From contig NW_013657621.1 of the NCBI RefSeq assembly GCF_000142905.1, positions 81,021 to 145,020 on the forward strand: a stretch of DNA of 64,000 nucleotides, given 5' to 3'. This DNA is from Thecamonas trahens ATCC 50062. Taxonomy: Eukaryota; Protista; Apusomonadida. The position numbers and the translations under genes are program-made. Shown here in pieces: positions 1 through 11,823 of the stretch (its first letter is position 1; each line of letters starts with the position of its first letter). Under the pieces are notes generated by a model. It ran no database searches. It was not told where the DNA came from and saw only the letters and a list, made by a program, of their open reading frames with translations.

Positions 1-7
1 CGCAGTA

Positions 8-583
8 GTGGCCGCCGCGCGGGCCGGACACGCGGCCGCCGTTGCTGCGCTCATGGCCGACGACGACGTCAATCCAGCTGCCAACGAGTCGCAGGCGCTG
101 CGCGAGGCCGTCAAGGCCGCGCATTCGGACGTGGTCCAGCTCCTGCTCACCTGCGACGCCGTCGATCCGGCCGCCCGCAACAACGCGGCTGTCGGCACAG
201 CGTCGATCAACGGCGACGCCGCCACGCTCCGGCTTCTCCTCGCCGACCCGCGCGTCGACCCGTCAGTCGGCGACAACTACGCCATCTTTATGGCTGCCCG
301 CAAAGGCTTCACCCCTGTCGTCGAGCTTCTTCTTGCCGACCCGCGCGTCGATCCGGCCGCAGGCGACAACGAAGCGCTGCGGACGGCAGCCATGACCGGC
401 CACCTCGACGTCGTCACACTCCTCATGGCCGATGCCCGTGTCAATCCGGCGTCGCAGAACAACTTTGCCCTCCGCTGGGCCATGCGTAACGAGCACGCAG
501 ACGTCGTCGCCGCCCTCCTTGCGAATCCGCACGTTGCCGCCGCCCACGCCCACGCCCCGCCGCCGGCGGCACCACGCCGATGA
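8..583 (+). CDS. Ankyrin-repeat protein, 3' part (5' end lies upstream of the window)
   Basis: Five to six ~34-aa repeats such as 'DNYAIFMAARKGFTPVVELLLADPRVDP'. The frame is open from the window edge; stop TGA at 581-583. Confidence 0.9.
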   Translation: MAAARAGHAAAVAALMADDDVNPAANESQALREAVKAAHSDVVQLLLTCDAVDPAARNNAAVGTASINGDAATLRLLLADPRVDPSVGDNYAIFMAARKGFTPVVELLLADPRVDPAAGDNEALRTAAMTGHLDVVTLLMADARVNPASQNNFALRWAMRNEHADVVAALLANPHVAAAHAHAPPPAAPRR

Positions 584-998
584 CACCGGTGCAAACAGCA
601 GACAGCCTGGCGTCTGTCAGCTCTCCGCTTCCGTTCCTCGCCGTTTGTCCGCGCACCACCAGCGCCCTCCACTCCCCGCCAGCTGGCTTGCCATCGCCTC
701 GCCTCGGCTTGACACATGGCCACGGTGGTGCAAGTTTGCGTGGCGGTGGGTGAGCGCGGGTGGATGGGAGGGCAATTTTTGGTGGTCGAAAACGGTGCCG
801 CTTCCCATCCTACCTACCTCCTGGCGGGAGCGACCGCGGCTGGCAGGCTTCTTCCGGCGCACTGCCGCAGAGCCAGGCACAATAAAGGGCACGGCATGCT
901 ACTTGCCTATCTTTCTCTTCTCCCTGTCACGTTCACGGGACTCTGCCGGCTTTGTTTCACATGTAGTGGCCCGGAACCCGGCGACCACCCGCGACACG

Positions 999-3900
999 AT
1001 GGATTGGGTCCTGGGCGGCAGTGGTGTGAGTCAGTACGCCACTTGCCTTATTTTTCCCACGCCAACCGCGTCACCCTCACCCCCCCCGCCGGCCTCGCCA
1101 GCACATACCCTTGTCCACCTTGCGCGCTCGAGACAACGCCCAAGGTTTGGAGTCAGACCACAACAGCTACTCGGACCTCTTGCGTACGCTATGCCCCTCC
1201 TTATCTTCTTTCCCCTCCCTCTGTTATCTCCCTCCTCCCGCTACGCCGTACAACCCCCCTCCCCCAACCTGGCCCAGCACCTGGTGGCCGTCACCCATTA
1301 ACTGCTCGGCAAAACCGCACACGCCGCCCAACAACCAGCCGCTGTCCATCACTGCCAATTGTTGGCACACCCACCGCCCCCCCCCCTTCCCCCATGTCCC
1401 ACCGTCCCACCCCCCCTCCCCCCCTCCCCCTCCCCCCCCTCCCCCCTCCCCCTCCCCCCTCCCCTCCCTATACTCAGCATCCTTCCTTGCTCGCCCCGCT
1501 CCACCACCCTACTGCCCTTCCTCTTCTCTGTCTGCCTTTTGCCTAACGATGGCCGCCGTACCCGTTCCCTCCCTCCCCCCTCTCTCCTCTCTCCCTCCCC
1601 TTCCCCGAACTATANNNNNNNNNNNNNNNNNNNNNNNNNNNNNNNNNNNNNNNNNNNNNNNNNNNNNNNNNNNNNNNNNNNNNNNNNNNNNNNNNNNNNN
1701 NNNNNNNNNNNNNNNNNNNNNNNNNNNNNNNNNNNNNTCTCCCTCCCCTTCCCCGAAGACCCCCTCCTCCTCCCCCCTCGCACACAGCATCACATGCTTC
1801 CCCCCCCCCCTTCCTCCTCCTCCTTCTCCTTTCCTTCTTTTCCTTCTTTGGCAGTCAGTCCCGGTACCGAACCGCACCACACCCCGCCCTCCCACACCCA
1901 CACCCACACCCACACCCACACCCACACCCACCATCACTCACATACATACATACATACATACATACATGCTGCAAACATACCTCCGCTTCCCACCATTCAC
2001 GCCCATACTCTGTCGTGTTCCGTGTCTGCTGGGGCAAACGTGCGCGTTGTGGGCCACAAACGCGCGCTTCACCTCTCTTCCGCTGCGGTTGGCGATTCCG
2101 GCTTCGGGTGGTTTGCTGGGGTTGATTGGTTGATTGGGGGGGGGGCATGGGCGGAGACAGTCTGTGATACACACAGGCACACCCACCGTTCGGGCGAAAG
2201 CCCCGTCCTCCTTCTCCTCTGGCTCCTTGTTCCACTTCCTCTTTATCTTGCTGTTGGGCTTGCGCTCGGTCCGCTCGCTCCATTCTCATCCGCTCCTTCA
2301 TCTCTCTCTCTCTCTCTCGCCTCGGCACACCGGTTGACAGACTGCTCCTGACTCTGGCCACGTCATGCAAACTGGGCTGACTTCTGGCCGACGTGACGAC
2401 GGCGATGACATATCTTCCAACATAGGTGGCGATGACAGTGCTGCCGCCACTTCTGGCGCTACCGCTGACATGGATGCTGTTGCTGCTGCCACCACCGTTG
2501 CCGCGCTTGCAAGCAACAGAAGGTCTGCCGCTGCCTCCAAGCCCGAGTCCGAGCCGGCGGCGGCATCCAACAGCAGCAAGTCCGAGCTGGAGCAGCATGG
2601 CTTGCGATCGTACACCTGCGTGCGCTGCAAGCGCAGGCGGCCCGAGACCGCGTTTCCGGTCCAGAAGCGCAATCTCAAAAAGCCGCGGCACATCTTCGCC
2701 GACAAGTATCTCTCGCGACTGGTGTGCACCTGCCTCGAGTGCGTCTTCTTTACCGCCCGTTATGCCCGCCCGCTTCCGGGCGCCACAACCGACGTATTCA
2801 CCACTGGCCCACAGCCGCTGATTGTGCCGCTCGAGCTCCAAGCCGAGACCGAGGTCGCAGCACCCGAACCTGAAGCCGAGCCTGTAGCCGAGACCGAGAC
2901 CGAGGCAGAGACAGAAGCCGAAGCCGAGCTCCCTACCGCCGACGCCGCCGCAACCGGCAACGACTCTGGTGACGGAGCCAGTGCATCCGTCGGCTCCGAG
3001 GTCCCAATTCGGCGCAGCGGGCGGCGGCGGCGATCCTCTACGCTCAAGTCTGCGGTGGCAGAAGCATCACCGTGGCGGCGGCAGCGGTCGTCCAGACCGC
3101 GAAGCGCTGCGCGCTCTCATACGACGGTGGTCCGGTACGTCGAGCACAAGCACTCGATGTTCTGCAACAAGGTCGCAGGCTGGGTCCGATTCGACGAGTG
3201 GGCAACGCTCGATGACGTGCCGGCCGAGGACGCGCCGCGCGCCAAGTGGATTGCTTACCTCAAGGCTCACGCCATTGGGGTGGAGCGCAACCCATCGACT
3301 AGCGAGCCGGTCCTCATCATCCCGCACACCCACAAGAAGCGAACCGGCGAGCCGGGCAAGACATGCAAGGTCCAGTTTGACGAGACCAACTTTGTGTTTG
3401 GCCTCCGCCGCGAGAAGCGAACCAAGTCGTCGCCGCCAGTGCGGCAACCGCCGTCATCGGCCACCTCCGCCCGCGCAACCACCACCACTATCAAGTCGCA
3501 GCGCCGTAGGACGCCCACCAGCAGAATGGTGCCTGTCCGGTCTGCCTCGAACCGGACCTCCGAATGGATGCAAGCCAGTGCCATGCCGGCTCCCGGTACG
3601 CCCTCGCACAGCTCTATGCCACCCGGCACGCTGGCTCCCGGTCTCATGGGCATGTTCGGGCAGAGCATGTACGGCATGCCAGGCATGGCTCCTCTCGGCG
3701 GCTCGAATCCAGCAGCAAGCATGGCTGCGCTCGCTGCCTCGTCCGCCATGCTCTCAAGCATGTACGGCATGATGCCGCATGGCATGATGCCCGGCATGAT
3801 GCCGCATGGTATGATGATGCCGCCGGGCGCGCTCGGCTTTGGCGGGAACCCGTATGCTGCCCTCGTTGGCCCGCACGCCACCGCCGCGCTAGCCCCGCTT

Positions 3901-5088
3901 GCCCTCCCAGCAGGCGTCTCGCGGCCCGTCGCCGTTCAGGCCGCCGGAACGCTCGTCGCGCCGACGCCGGCGGTGCAACCTCCAGCACCGCAGCCGCATA
4001 GCGAGGTCGCTATGGACGTTGTGTCCAAGATCAAGCCCAAGGCCGAGCCCGGCGTTGCAACCGCAGCCATCGACAGCGCCTGGGCGCGCCTTGCCAGCCA
4101 TCGAGTTAACCTGTCCGACTCCATCGGCATCTCATGGATCCCCAACGTGTCGATAACGGCGCAGATGGCGCTGGTGGTCATGGCTGGCCTCCTTGCCGCC
4201 GCTGACGACGGAGAATCACTCAACTCTCTCGCGGCCTTTGCCACCGCCCGCCAGCTGGCGCTCCTTCCGCCCAGCCTCAGCACCGATGCTATTGCCAATC
4301 GTCGCGCATTGTATGCCTCGTACATCGCTGACGCCATCGCTGACGCCGTCGCTGCCGCACACGAGATCACCGACGGCATGACTGCCCTCTTGGAGACTGC
4401 TGGCTCTAGTTTGGTCGATGCTTGGATCGGTGTAGGCGCCGACGGCGGCCTCACCATCCACCCGGCCTTTAGCGAGTGGTGCGAGCGGATGGCCACTGCC
4501 GAGCGCACTCTTCTCGCTGCTGCCCTCCTCGCCACACCTACCATGCCCGGCGAGACATACTGGACGTCGGCAACTCGGCCACCAGTCTTTGCCGTCTCGG
4601 ACATTGTGCGGCTCGTCGTCGCCCTCGACGCCGCATCGCGCTCGGCTCGCCCTGTCGACGTGTTTGAGTCTGGATACGCAGCCGCTTCCCGCGCGCTCAT
4701 CGCTGATCTCCGGCTCCTAGTCGACTTTCGGGCCTTTGCGGCATCGCCATCGTCGGCAGACCCGCCACCGCTTCCAGGTGCCGCTTTTGACGCCGCCCTG
4801 GCCAAGTCGCCGGTCTGGCCGGTCGTGCCTGACGAGCTCACACTCTTTGCCACCGCCGATCTGGATGCCTTCCGTCCGCTCTGGAATGCGTTCACTCGCT
4901 CGGCTCGCATCGGCGCCAAACTGGTCTGGCCCTTTGCTCTGCACCCGTCGCGCAAGCGCGCCCGCGATGCCGCCAGCGGCGGCGCCTCCAACGACGGAGA
5001 TCAACAACGGGAAAGGGCAGAGAGCCAAGGCGCCTCCGTCGACGACATCCCCGCCGAGCCCGCGCCCAAAAAGGCCCGTCATCTATAG
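999..5088 (+). CDS. Hypothetical nuclear protein with Cys/His (zinc-finger-like) motifs; at least 2 exons
   Basis: Exon 999-1025 (MDWVLGGSG) is followed by a GTGAGT donor. The acceptor ttgacAG at 2339-2340 joins in phase 0 to the 907-aa ORF. Contains CVRC...CLEC, a Met/Gly/Pro-rich stretch and basic RKRAR / PKKAR motifs. The intron spans an N gap, so extra exons are possible. Confidence 0.75.
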
Positions 5089-5126
5089 ACTGATGTCGGT
5101 GCTGTGTTGTAAATGTGATCATGCCT

Positions 5127-5561
5127 TTACTCCTCCGCCAGCGTCGCCACTTGCACCACAAAGTCGGCTCGTGGTCGGATCTTGGGCCGCGCGTTGACCA
5201 CAGTCCGCCACGCCTCCTCGGGCGAGTACCCGCGCCGCGTCACAAGATACGCCGCAACCACCGCCGGCGACCGCGACATGCCGGCCTGGCAGTGGACAAG
5301 CACGGCGCCGTTCGCAGCATCGATGAGCTCGGCAGCAGCAGCGGCAGTCGCGAGAATATCGCCATCGCTATCGCTCTGCGGCAGGTGATGGCGCTCGACC
5401 TCAAACCACGTCGGCGTCTTGGCCTGGCATCCCACAGACACCACCGTCGTTATGCCCAGCAAGCATAGAAGCTTACAGTCTCGCGAGGCAGACTGGTTGC
5501 CGAGGTACAGCTCGCCCGCTACTATCTCAGAGATCTTGCCCGGGAGTCTCCGGTTCGCCAT
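5127..5561 (-). CDS. Atypical dual-specificity protein phosphatase
   Basis: 'ELYLGN' plus the catalytic loop 'VLVHCQAGMSRSPAVVAAYLV' (HCX5R) and 'RPKIRPRADF'. Confidence 0.92.
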   Translation of the reverse strand: MANRRLPGKISEIVAGELYLGNQSASRDCKLLCLLGITTVVSVGCQAKTPTWFEVERHHLPQSDSDGDILATAAAAAELIDAANGAVLVHCQAGMSRSPAVVAAYLVTRRGYSPEEAWRTVVNARPKIRPRADFVVQVATLAEE

Positions 5562-5696
5562 CGCGGCTTTCGCGGTCGAGGGCGGAGAGGTGTTCGAATA
5601 GACTCGGACGGCCGCTTCTGATGCGTTTGTGTTTGTGTTTGTAGTTGGAGTGGGGGGGGGAGGGGAGAGAGGGATCGACGCCAGCCATGGGCGACT

Positions 5697-6804
5697 TCAC
5701 ATCTGCGGGCGGGCGCCGCGGAGCTCGAGCTCGCGGACGTGCTGGCAGACGACGCAAGGGGTGCAGCAGACGAGGCAGCAGTAGTCCTTGCACTCGAGCT
5801 CGGGCATGCCGCGCGAGTTGAGGATGTTGTACCGCTCGACGATGCGCTTGCGGTTCTGGTACACACACCACCATGTGACGGGCCAGCCAAGGCCGTAGAG
5901 GCCATTGAGGAGGTACATGCCGATGCCGATGCAGATGTCGCCTCCGCCAAACGGCTCAGCGTCAAGCCATGCCTTGTTGCGCATGACACCGCAGGTGAGG
6001 CAAAAGCAGCCACAGCAGCACGAGTCCATATCCTGGAAGCAGTCGCAGTAGTCCGACTGCCACATCTGCGGCTCACCATCTCCCCCAGCGTACTTGGCCG
6101 GGTACGCAGCACCATTGGACGCAGCCATCTGTGTGTAGGGGAAGGGGGGGGGGGAGGGGGGGGGGGGGTGCGCGTGAGGGTAACAAAGGAGTACGAAATG
6201 GTCAGCAGCGAACGAACGTATTCATGAATGACGAATGACATCATTTTTTTGGGGAGGTTGGCAGAGTGGCGGAGGGGAGGGGGGGTNNNNNNNNNNNNNN
6301 NNNNNNNNNNNNNNNNNNNNNNNNNNNNNNNNNNNNNNNNNNNNNNNNNNNNNNNNNNNNNNNNNNNNNNNNNNNNNNNNNNNNNNNNNNNNNNNNNNNN
6401 NNNNNNNNNNNNNNNNNNNNNNNNNNNNNNNNNNNNNNNNNNNNNNNNNNNNNNNNNNNNNNNNNNNNNNNNNNNNNNNNNNNNNNNNNNNNNNNNNNNN
6501 NNNNNNNNNNNNNNNNNNNNNNNNNNNNNNNNNNNNNNNNNNCGTCGGGGGGTCGCCCATTTAATCAATGAGCATGTTGGATTAATCGTTGGGGCGAGTG
6601 GCCGACTGCGGGGGAATGCGTGGAGGGGGGGGGGCTGGCCATCAACAACGCGCACGTGCGACATGGAGGAAGGGGGGGAGGGGAGGAGGTGGAGGAAGAG
6701 GGGAGAGACAGAGAGGGTATACGTACACCGCCCTTGGTGGCAGTAGCAGGCGTCGCGCCGTACGAAGGCGGGGCGTTGTTGTAAGCAGGCGGCGGGGCAG
6801 ACAT
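5697..6804 (-). CDS. PLAC8/cornifelin family Cys-rich protein; 2 exons (6804-6727, 6128-5697)
   Basis: Motifs 'WQSDYCDCFQDMDSCCCGCFC', 'RKRIVERYNI' and 'DYCCLVCCTPCVVCQHVRE'. GTACGT donor at 6726 and cacAG acceptor at 6130-6129, phase 0. Confidence 0.9.
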
Positions 6805-7041
6805 TGAGGTTTGTCGTGGGTTGTTGAGTGTGGCACGGTAACAGAGGCTGCGACTGCCATTCGAACAATCGATTCAAATTTGGGCTTCGTTCGACTGGCT
6901 TTGGCAGCAATAGGCTGACCTGATGGCGGAAGGGCTCGGCGGAGCTGGCAAATGGCAATGATGGGCACGAGAGCAATGACCGCAATGTGCTCTCGAACCG
7001 CTGGCCAGAGTTGATGCATCGCCATCAAAGGGCTGCAGAGT

Positions 7042-10000
7042 TTACGACGGCCGAACCGAGACGTACATCGGGACGCTGACCACGCCGCGCTTGCCGTAGA
7101 CGTCGAAACCGCAGACATGGACCCAGCCGAACCACTCGCCGATCTCCTCGGGCCAGACCCGGAGCTCGATGCCTATGCTGAGGCCGGCGGCAAGCTCGCG
7201 GTCTTGGTCGTACACTGCCTGCACGCCGCCGAGGCCCTCGAGCGTCACCGCCACGCGGACCTTGCGCATCGAGACGTTGGTGACCCGGAGGCGGAACCGC
7301 GACGCCCGCCCGCCCGCCACGCCCTCGCTCTGCAGCGCAAGGCCAAGCGTCCGCTGCCAGGTGAGCTTGCGGCCGGTGGTAATGCCGGTGAATGAGACAA
7401 CGTCGACAACCGTGTCGCCGCTGAACAGCTCCTCCATGGCCGCAGGATGAGACGCCTCACGAAAGGCCACATACGTCTCCGACACGCCGCGGATCGGCGG
7501 TGGGAGCGGTGTAGTCACCGTCGCCCGGTTCGGCGTCCCGGTCCGCGGCATGCCCTGCCGCGACTCGGCCCGGACCCGCGACGCGACCGCGTTCTCGTTG
7601 TCCACCGCCTTGATCGCCTTGGCAGCCGCCGCCTCCGCCTTGGCAGTCGCCACAAGCGTTCGCACGCTCTCGTCCAACCGGTTCTCGTCCACGGCCTCGC
7701 TGCCCGATTGAAGTGCCTGGAGCACACTGCTCACCACGCCCACCGCCGCCGACCGACATTCTGCCGCCACCGAGGCCATTCTTTCCTCGCTCCGCATCAA
7801 CCCATCCGTCACCCCCGCCAGAAGAATCGCTGCCGACGCCGGAAAAAGGAGCTCCAGCCACGGGCGGAAGAAGGCCTCGGCCGCGTCACGGCTCGGCACC
7901 GCAGATGCCACCATGGCAGCCACAACCCCGCTCGCGCGTGATCCACTCAGCCACTGCAGCAGCGGGCTGCTTGAGACATGCAAGCTCGAGAAGAGCTGCA
8001 GCACACCGCCAACAATCGTTTCCGCCGCAGGCAGCACCATGCCAAACGCCAGCGGCGAGAGATCCCGCTCCGTCGCGCCGCTCAGCTCCGTCTCCAGCAG
8101 ACCCGGCAGGCTCAGCACGCTTCGCTGTGAGAGCGCGAGTACCTCGGCTACGGGCTCGAGTTCGCTCACTCGGCCCTCGCACACCGCAGCAAGCACATTG
8201 CTCGCACCCTGCGCCCACGCCCGCATCGTGCTCACAAGAGCGCCCACCACTGCCGGCGCGATGCTGGCTTCCGCCACCACCGCGTCGACAGCGGCAGGGC
8301 CAACCCGGCTCACCTCGCTCTCCACAAGCGCCGCAAGAAGCTCGTCACACATCTCTGTCGCAGCTGCAGCCACTGCACCAGGCGCCGCACCCATCACACA
8401 CTCCACCGCACCGGCTACCGCAGACGCTGCGTCCGTTGCTGCAGCCACCGCCTTGGCCACCCTTCGCATCGCATCCTCCGGCAGCCGCGAGCCGACAGCC
8501 GCCACCAGCTGCGCCAGCATCGAGCCTCGCCCACTCTCACTGGCCACAAGGCCGGCAAGCCGCTGCGTCACTGCCACTCCAACCGCGCTCACCACATCGG
8601 CCCCATCGCTCTCGTTCAGCGCCCTGCAGCGTGCCGCCATGCTTCGCACACTCGCCGCCGCCACCGCCGCCGGCGCCGCTCGAGCAGCCTCGACAAGCCA
8701 TCCACGCACAACCTGCGCAACCATTTCGCGGAGCCGTCTGCCGCCGCTGCTGCTCGCCTGCCCGCCAAGCGCGAGCGGCAAGAGCTCGCCCAGAACACTG
8801 CTCACCAAAGCTCGCGCAACCTTGATGCCATCGCCGGTGGCCTGGACCGTCTGCCCCGCAAGCGCTCCGCACACCTCGCCGGTCACCTCGTCGCCCGTCA
8901 GTGCCTCGTTGGCCAGAGCGCACACGCCTGCCGCGACCGCGTCTGGTGCTGCGCCCACAGCCGCACCCACACTGGCCACTGCTGCCGCGCCGATGCCACG
9001 GCACGCATCGGCGGGCACCTCGGTCCAGGCCCCCGCGATTGGAGAGCACTGGGCGGCGAGCGGGATGACGATCTCGCGCGCAAGCATCCCATCGTCAATC
9101 TTGGTGGCCAGCAGCGCCTTGAGCGTCACGCCCAGGCTGGTGCGAACGGTGGCCAGCGCATCCGCCTGTGCAGCGTCAAGCCCACCGACCCGGTTCAGAA
9201 CAGGAAAGATCGCCGTAGTGAGTGAGTATGCAACTGGAGAAACAACTGGCTCTAGGACCGCGTTGGCAACAGCCCGCGCCAGGCGCTGCCCATCGTCGCA
9301 CCCCGCCGTTACCGCTTCGGCCAGCGCCTTGGCGCAGAGCCCGCCCACAAAGTCGTCGGCGAGCCGGGCCTGCATCTCGTGGAAAAGCTCGCTCATCGAC
9401 GGGAGCCATGGAAAGGCGTGCGCGAGGCCGGCAAGAAGCTCGCTCATCTCACCGGCCTCGGCTGCAGCCAGCAGCTCTGCCCGAGCCTCCACAGCGTCAG
9501 CCACGTAGTCAACTAGTAGCTCAGCACGCGTGGTGTCGTCCAGCGACGTAGCCAGCCATCGCGGCGCAAACACGTCGAACATGTTCTCCACCATGCTTGC
9601 AAGCACATCCTCGCTTGGCACCTCGTCGAGTGCGGCAAGGAGTCCGTCGACAAGGCCCGCAAAGACACTCGAGCCGGCAGAGACCGAGGCCTCGACAAGG
9701 CTCGCGTGATGAGCTTCCGGCACAGCCAGGAGCGCGCCACGGACGGCGGCGCAGAGTGCGGCCTGAACCATAGCCTGGTGTGGGCTTCCGCACCCGCCGA
9801 CTTCGATGAAGGCAATTGCCCACCGCCGGAGAGTGGTCGTCTCGCTCAGCGCGCGCCGCGCCAGCAGCGCAAGCTTGTCGGGCTCGGCTGCAGTTGCAGC
9901 CTCAACGCTTGCCACCAGCGCCGGAACGAGGACCGACTCGTACGTCGAGCTGCAGAGCTCGTCCAGCTTGCTTCGGATGTCGGCCCGCACCAGCAGCGAG

Positions 10001-11507
10001 TTGAGGCTAGCCACGCCGCTAGCAAGTGCTTCAGAGCTCACCGCTGCGACATGGACAGTGGCAAAGTAGCCATTGTCGCCAAAACATACCGATCGAGATC
10101 GGTGGTGGTCAGCAGAAGCCGAAGATCCTCGGCGGCGCGGTCAGAGGGCTCGGTAGCGAAAAAGGCGAAAAAGTACGAGCCGGCGTAGACGTCGTCAGCA
10201 AAGCTTCGCACAATGTCAAGCGTGGCGAGGCCCGGCCGGGTGACCGCGTGCGGAAGGGTGGCAAGCGCGTTGGCGAGCGCATCCACAAGCGCTCCGCGCT
10301 CAGTGGCCGGATCCAGGGCAAGGGTGACAAAGGCCGAGAGTGCGTCCGAGCCGTGGGCAGCATCAAAGAGAAGCGGAAGTACAACATCAACAATCCGGCC
10401 TGTGCAAAGGTCATCAAGCGACGCATCGCTCGCCGTGGCGCGCATGGCAGCGGCAGCAACATTGAGGCCCATGATCTCGGCCGCCGCCGCAAGCGCTTCG
10501 CACCACGTCGCCAGCGCATCGCCCCACTCGGGCGAGTCGGGATCAAACGCCCCAAGCCCGCCGTCAGGTCGGCCAAGGAGCGCGGCCTCGACTTGCGGAT
10601 GCGGCAGCGTGTGGTAACGGTCAGCAGAAAGGAGCTTGGCCGCCAGAGGGCGCATAGCTGCCGGCGGGAGGACGGCGGCGAGTTGAGCCGAGCCCAGGCT
10701 CAAGGCATCAGCGTCGACCTGAGCAAAGGCTGCATCAACGACAGGGGTAGGCAGTGTGGCCAACCCGCCACCGCCATGGATCGCATCCAGCACGGCGCCG
10801 AGAACCACTGCGGCTCCCGGCGGATCGCGGTGGTCGCTAGCGCCGAGCGCCACCTCGTCGAGGGCAGCCACAAGCGCAAGCTGTCCCGGCTCAACATGCG
10901 AGATGTAGAGCCCTGCAGCAGCCAGAGCGCTGGCAAGGCCAGCATCGTCGGCCCCGGCCTGGTAGGCATCCCACACTGCGGCCGCCAACGAGTAGCGCAG
11001 CGTGAGCAGGTCCAGGGTGGCATGGCGAGCAAGGGCGCGAGCGAGGGCGGTGGCTGTAGCAGCGACGAAGCCGGCATCGGCAAGATGGTCCACGCTAGCG
11101 TTCTCCGAGTGATGCAGATCATCCAGAGCAGCATGAACCAGCATGGTCTGGCTGGTGGAGAGCCTGGGCGGGACGATGCGGAGACCATGGGCGGTTGAGT
11201 CTTGACAGGCATCGATGCCACGGGCAGCAGCGGCGGCAGCAGCAGCAACAAGAGATGTGAGCGATGGAGCCAACGATTCCAGGCCAGCCAAAGTGAGCGC
11301 ATGTGGGAGAGCAGCAGCAAGAAGACCGACAAGAGGCGATGGCTCGGGCCGAGCCACCACGGCCGCCGCCGAAACAACCGCCGCCGGCGAGACAACCGAC
11401 GCAAGGACACGCCCACAAGCCGCCAGACTTGCTTCCCGTGTTCCCTCTTCAAACATCCCTTCGCTTGTCACCAACTGATGTATCTCCTCGAACCCCGTCG
11501 TGCTCAT
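7042..11507 (-). CDS. Large (~1490 aa) Ala/Leu-rich helical protein with a C-terminal ASH/PapD-like Ig domain; one frame break near 10083
   Basis: ATG at 11507 (MSTTGFEEI). Two overlapping ORFs join as 'DRYV/FGDNGYF' if one T is added to the TTTT run (plus-strand aaaa at 10081-10084). The C-terminus 'LRVTNVS..RV...LAAGLSIGIELRVWPEEIGEWFGWVHV' resembles an ASH domain. Confidence 0.7.
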
Positions 11508-11823
11508 AGTGACTGAGTGTGGCGGTGGCGGGGTGGGGTGGGGGTGGGGGGTGGGGGTGGGGTGGGGTGGGGGTGCTGCCCGCGGAGGACGTGGTGGGTC
11601 GGTTGGCTCGCGGTTGGCTGGTTGGCAGGTTGGCTGGTTGGCTGGTTGGCGGCGGGCGGTGGGGGCAGCGTGCGGTGGTGGGGCGGCTGACCGACTGAGA
11701 TCGATGATGAGCTGTGCAATGAGAAAGGGGGAGGGGGGGATATCATCGGGTGATGATGCTCGGTGGTATTGCCAGTGTTGGTCTTGGCACGGTTTAAAAA
11801 GGGGGGGGGTGGGGGGGGGGGGG

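Noticed and set aside
10019-10041. 23-nt GT-AG mini-intron (GTGAGC...GCTAG, minus strand) that would also join the two ORFs in frame
   Set aside because: It is formally possible, but the downstream frame already reads as natural coding sequence (FGDNGYFATVHVAAV) from 10083, and the other introns here are 83 nt or longer. A missing T is simpler.
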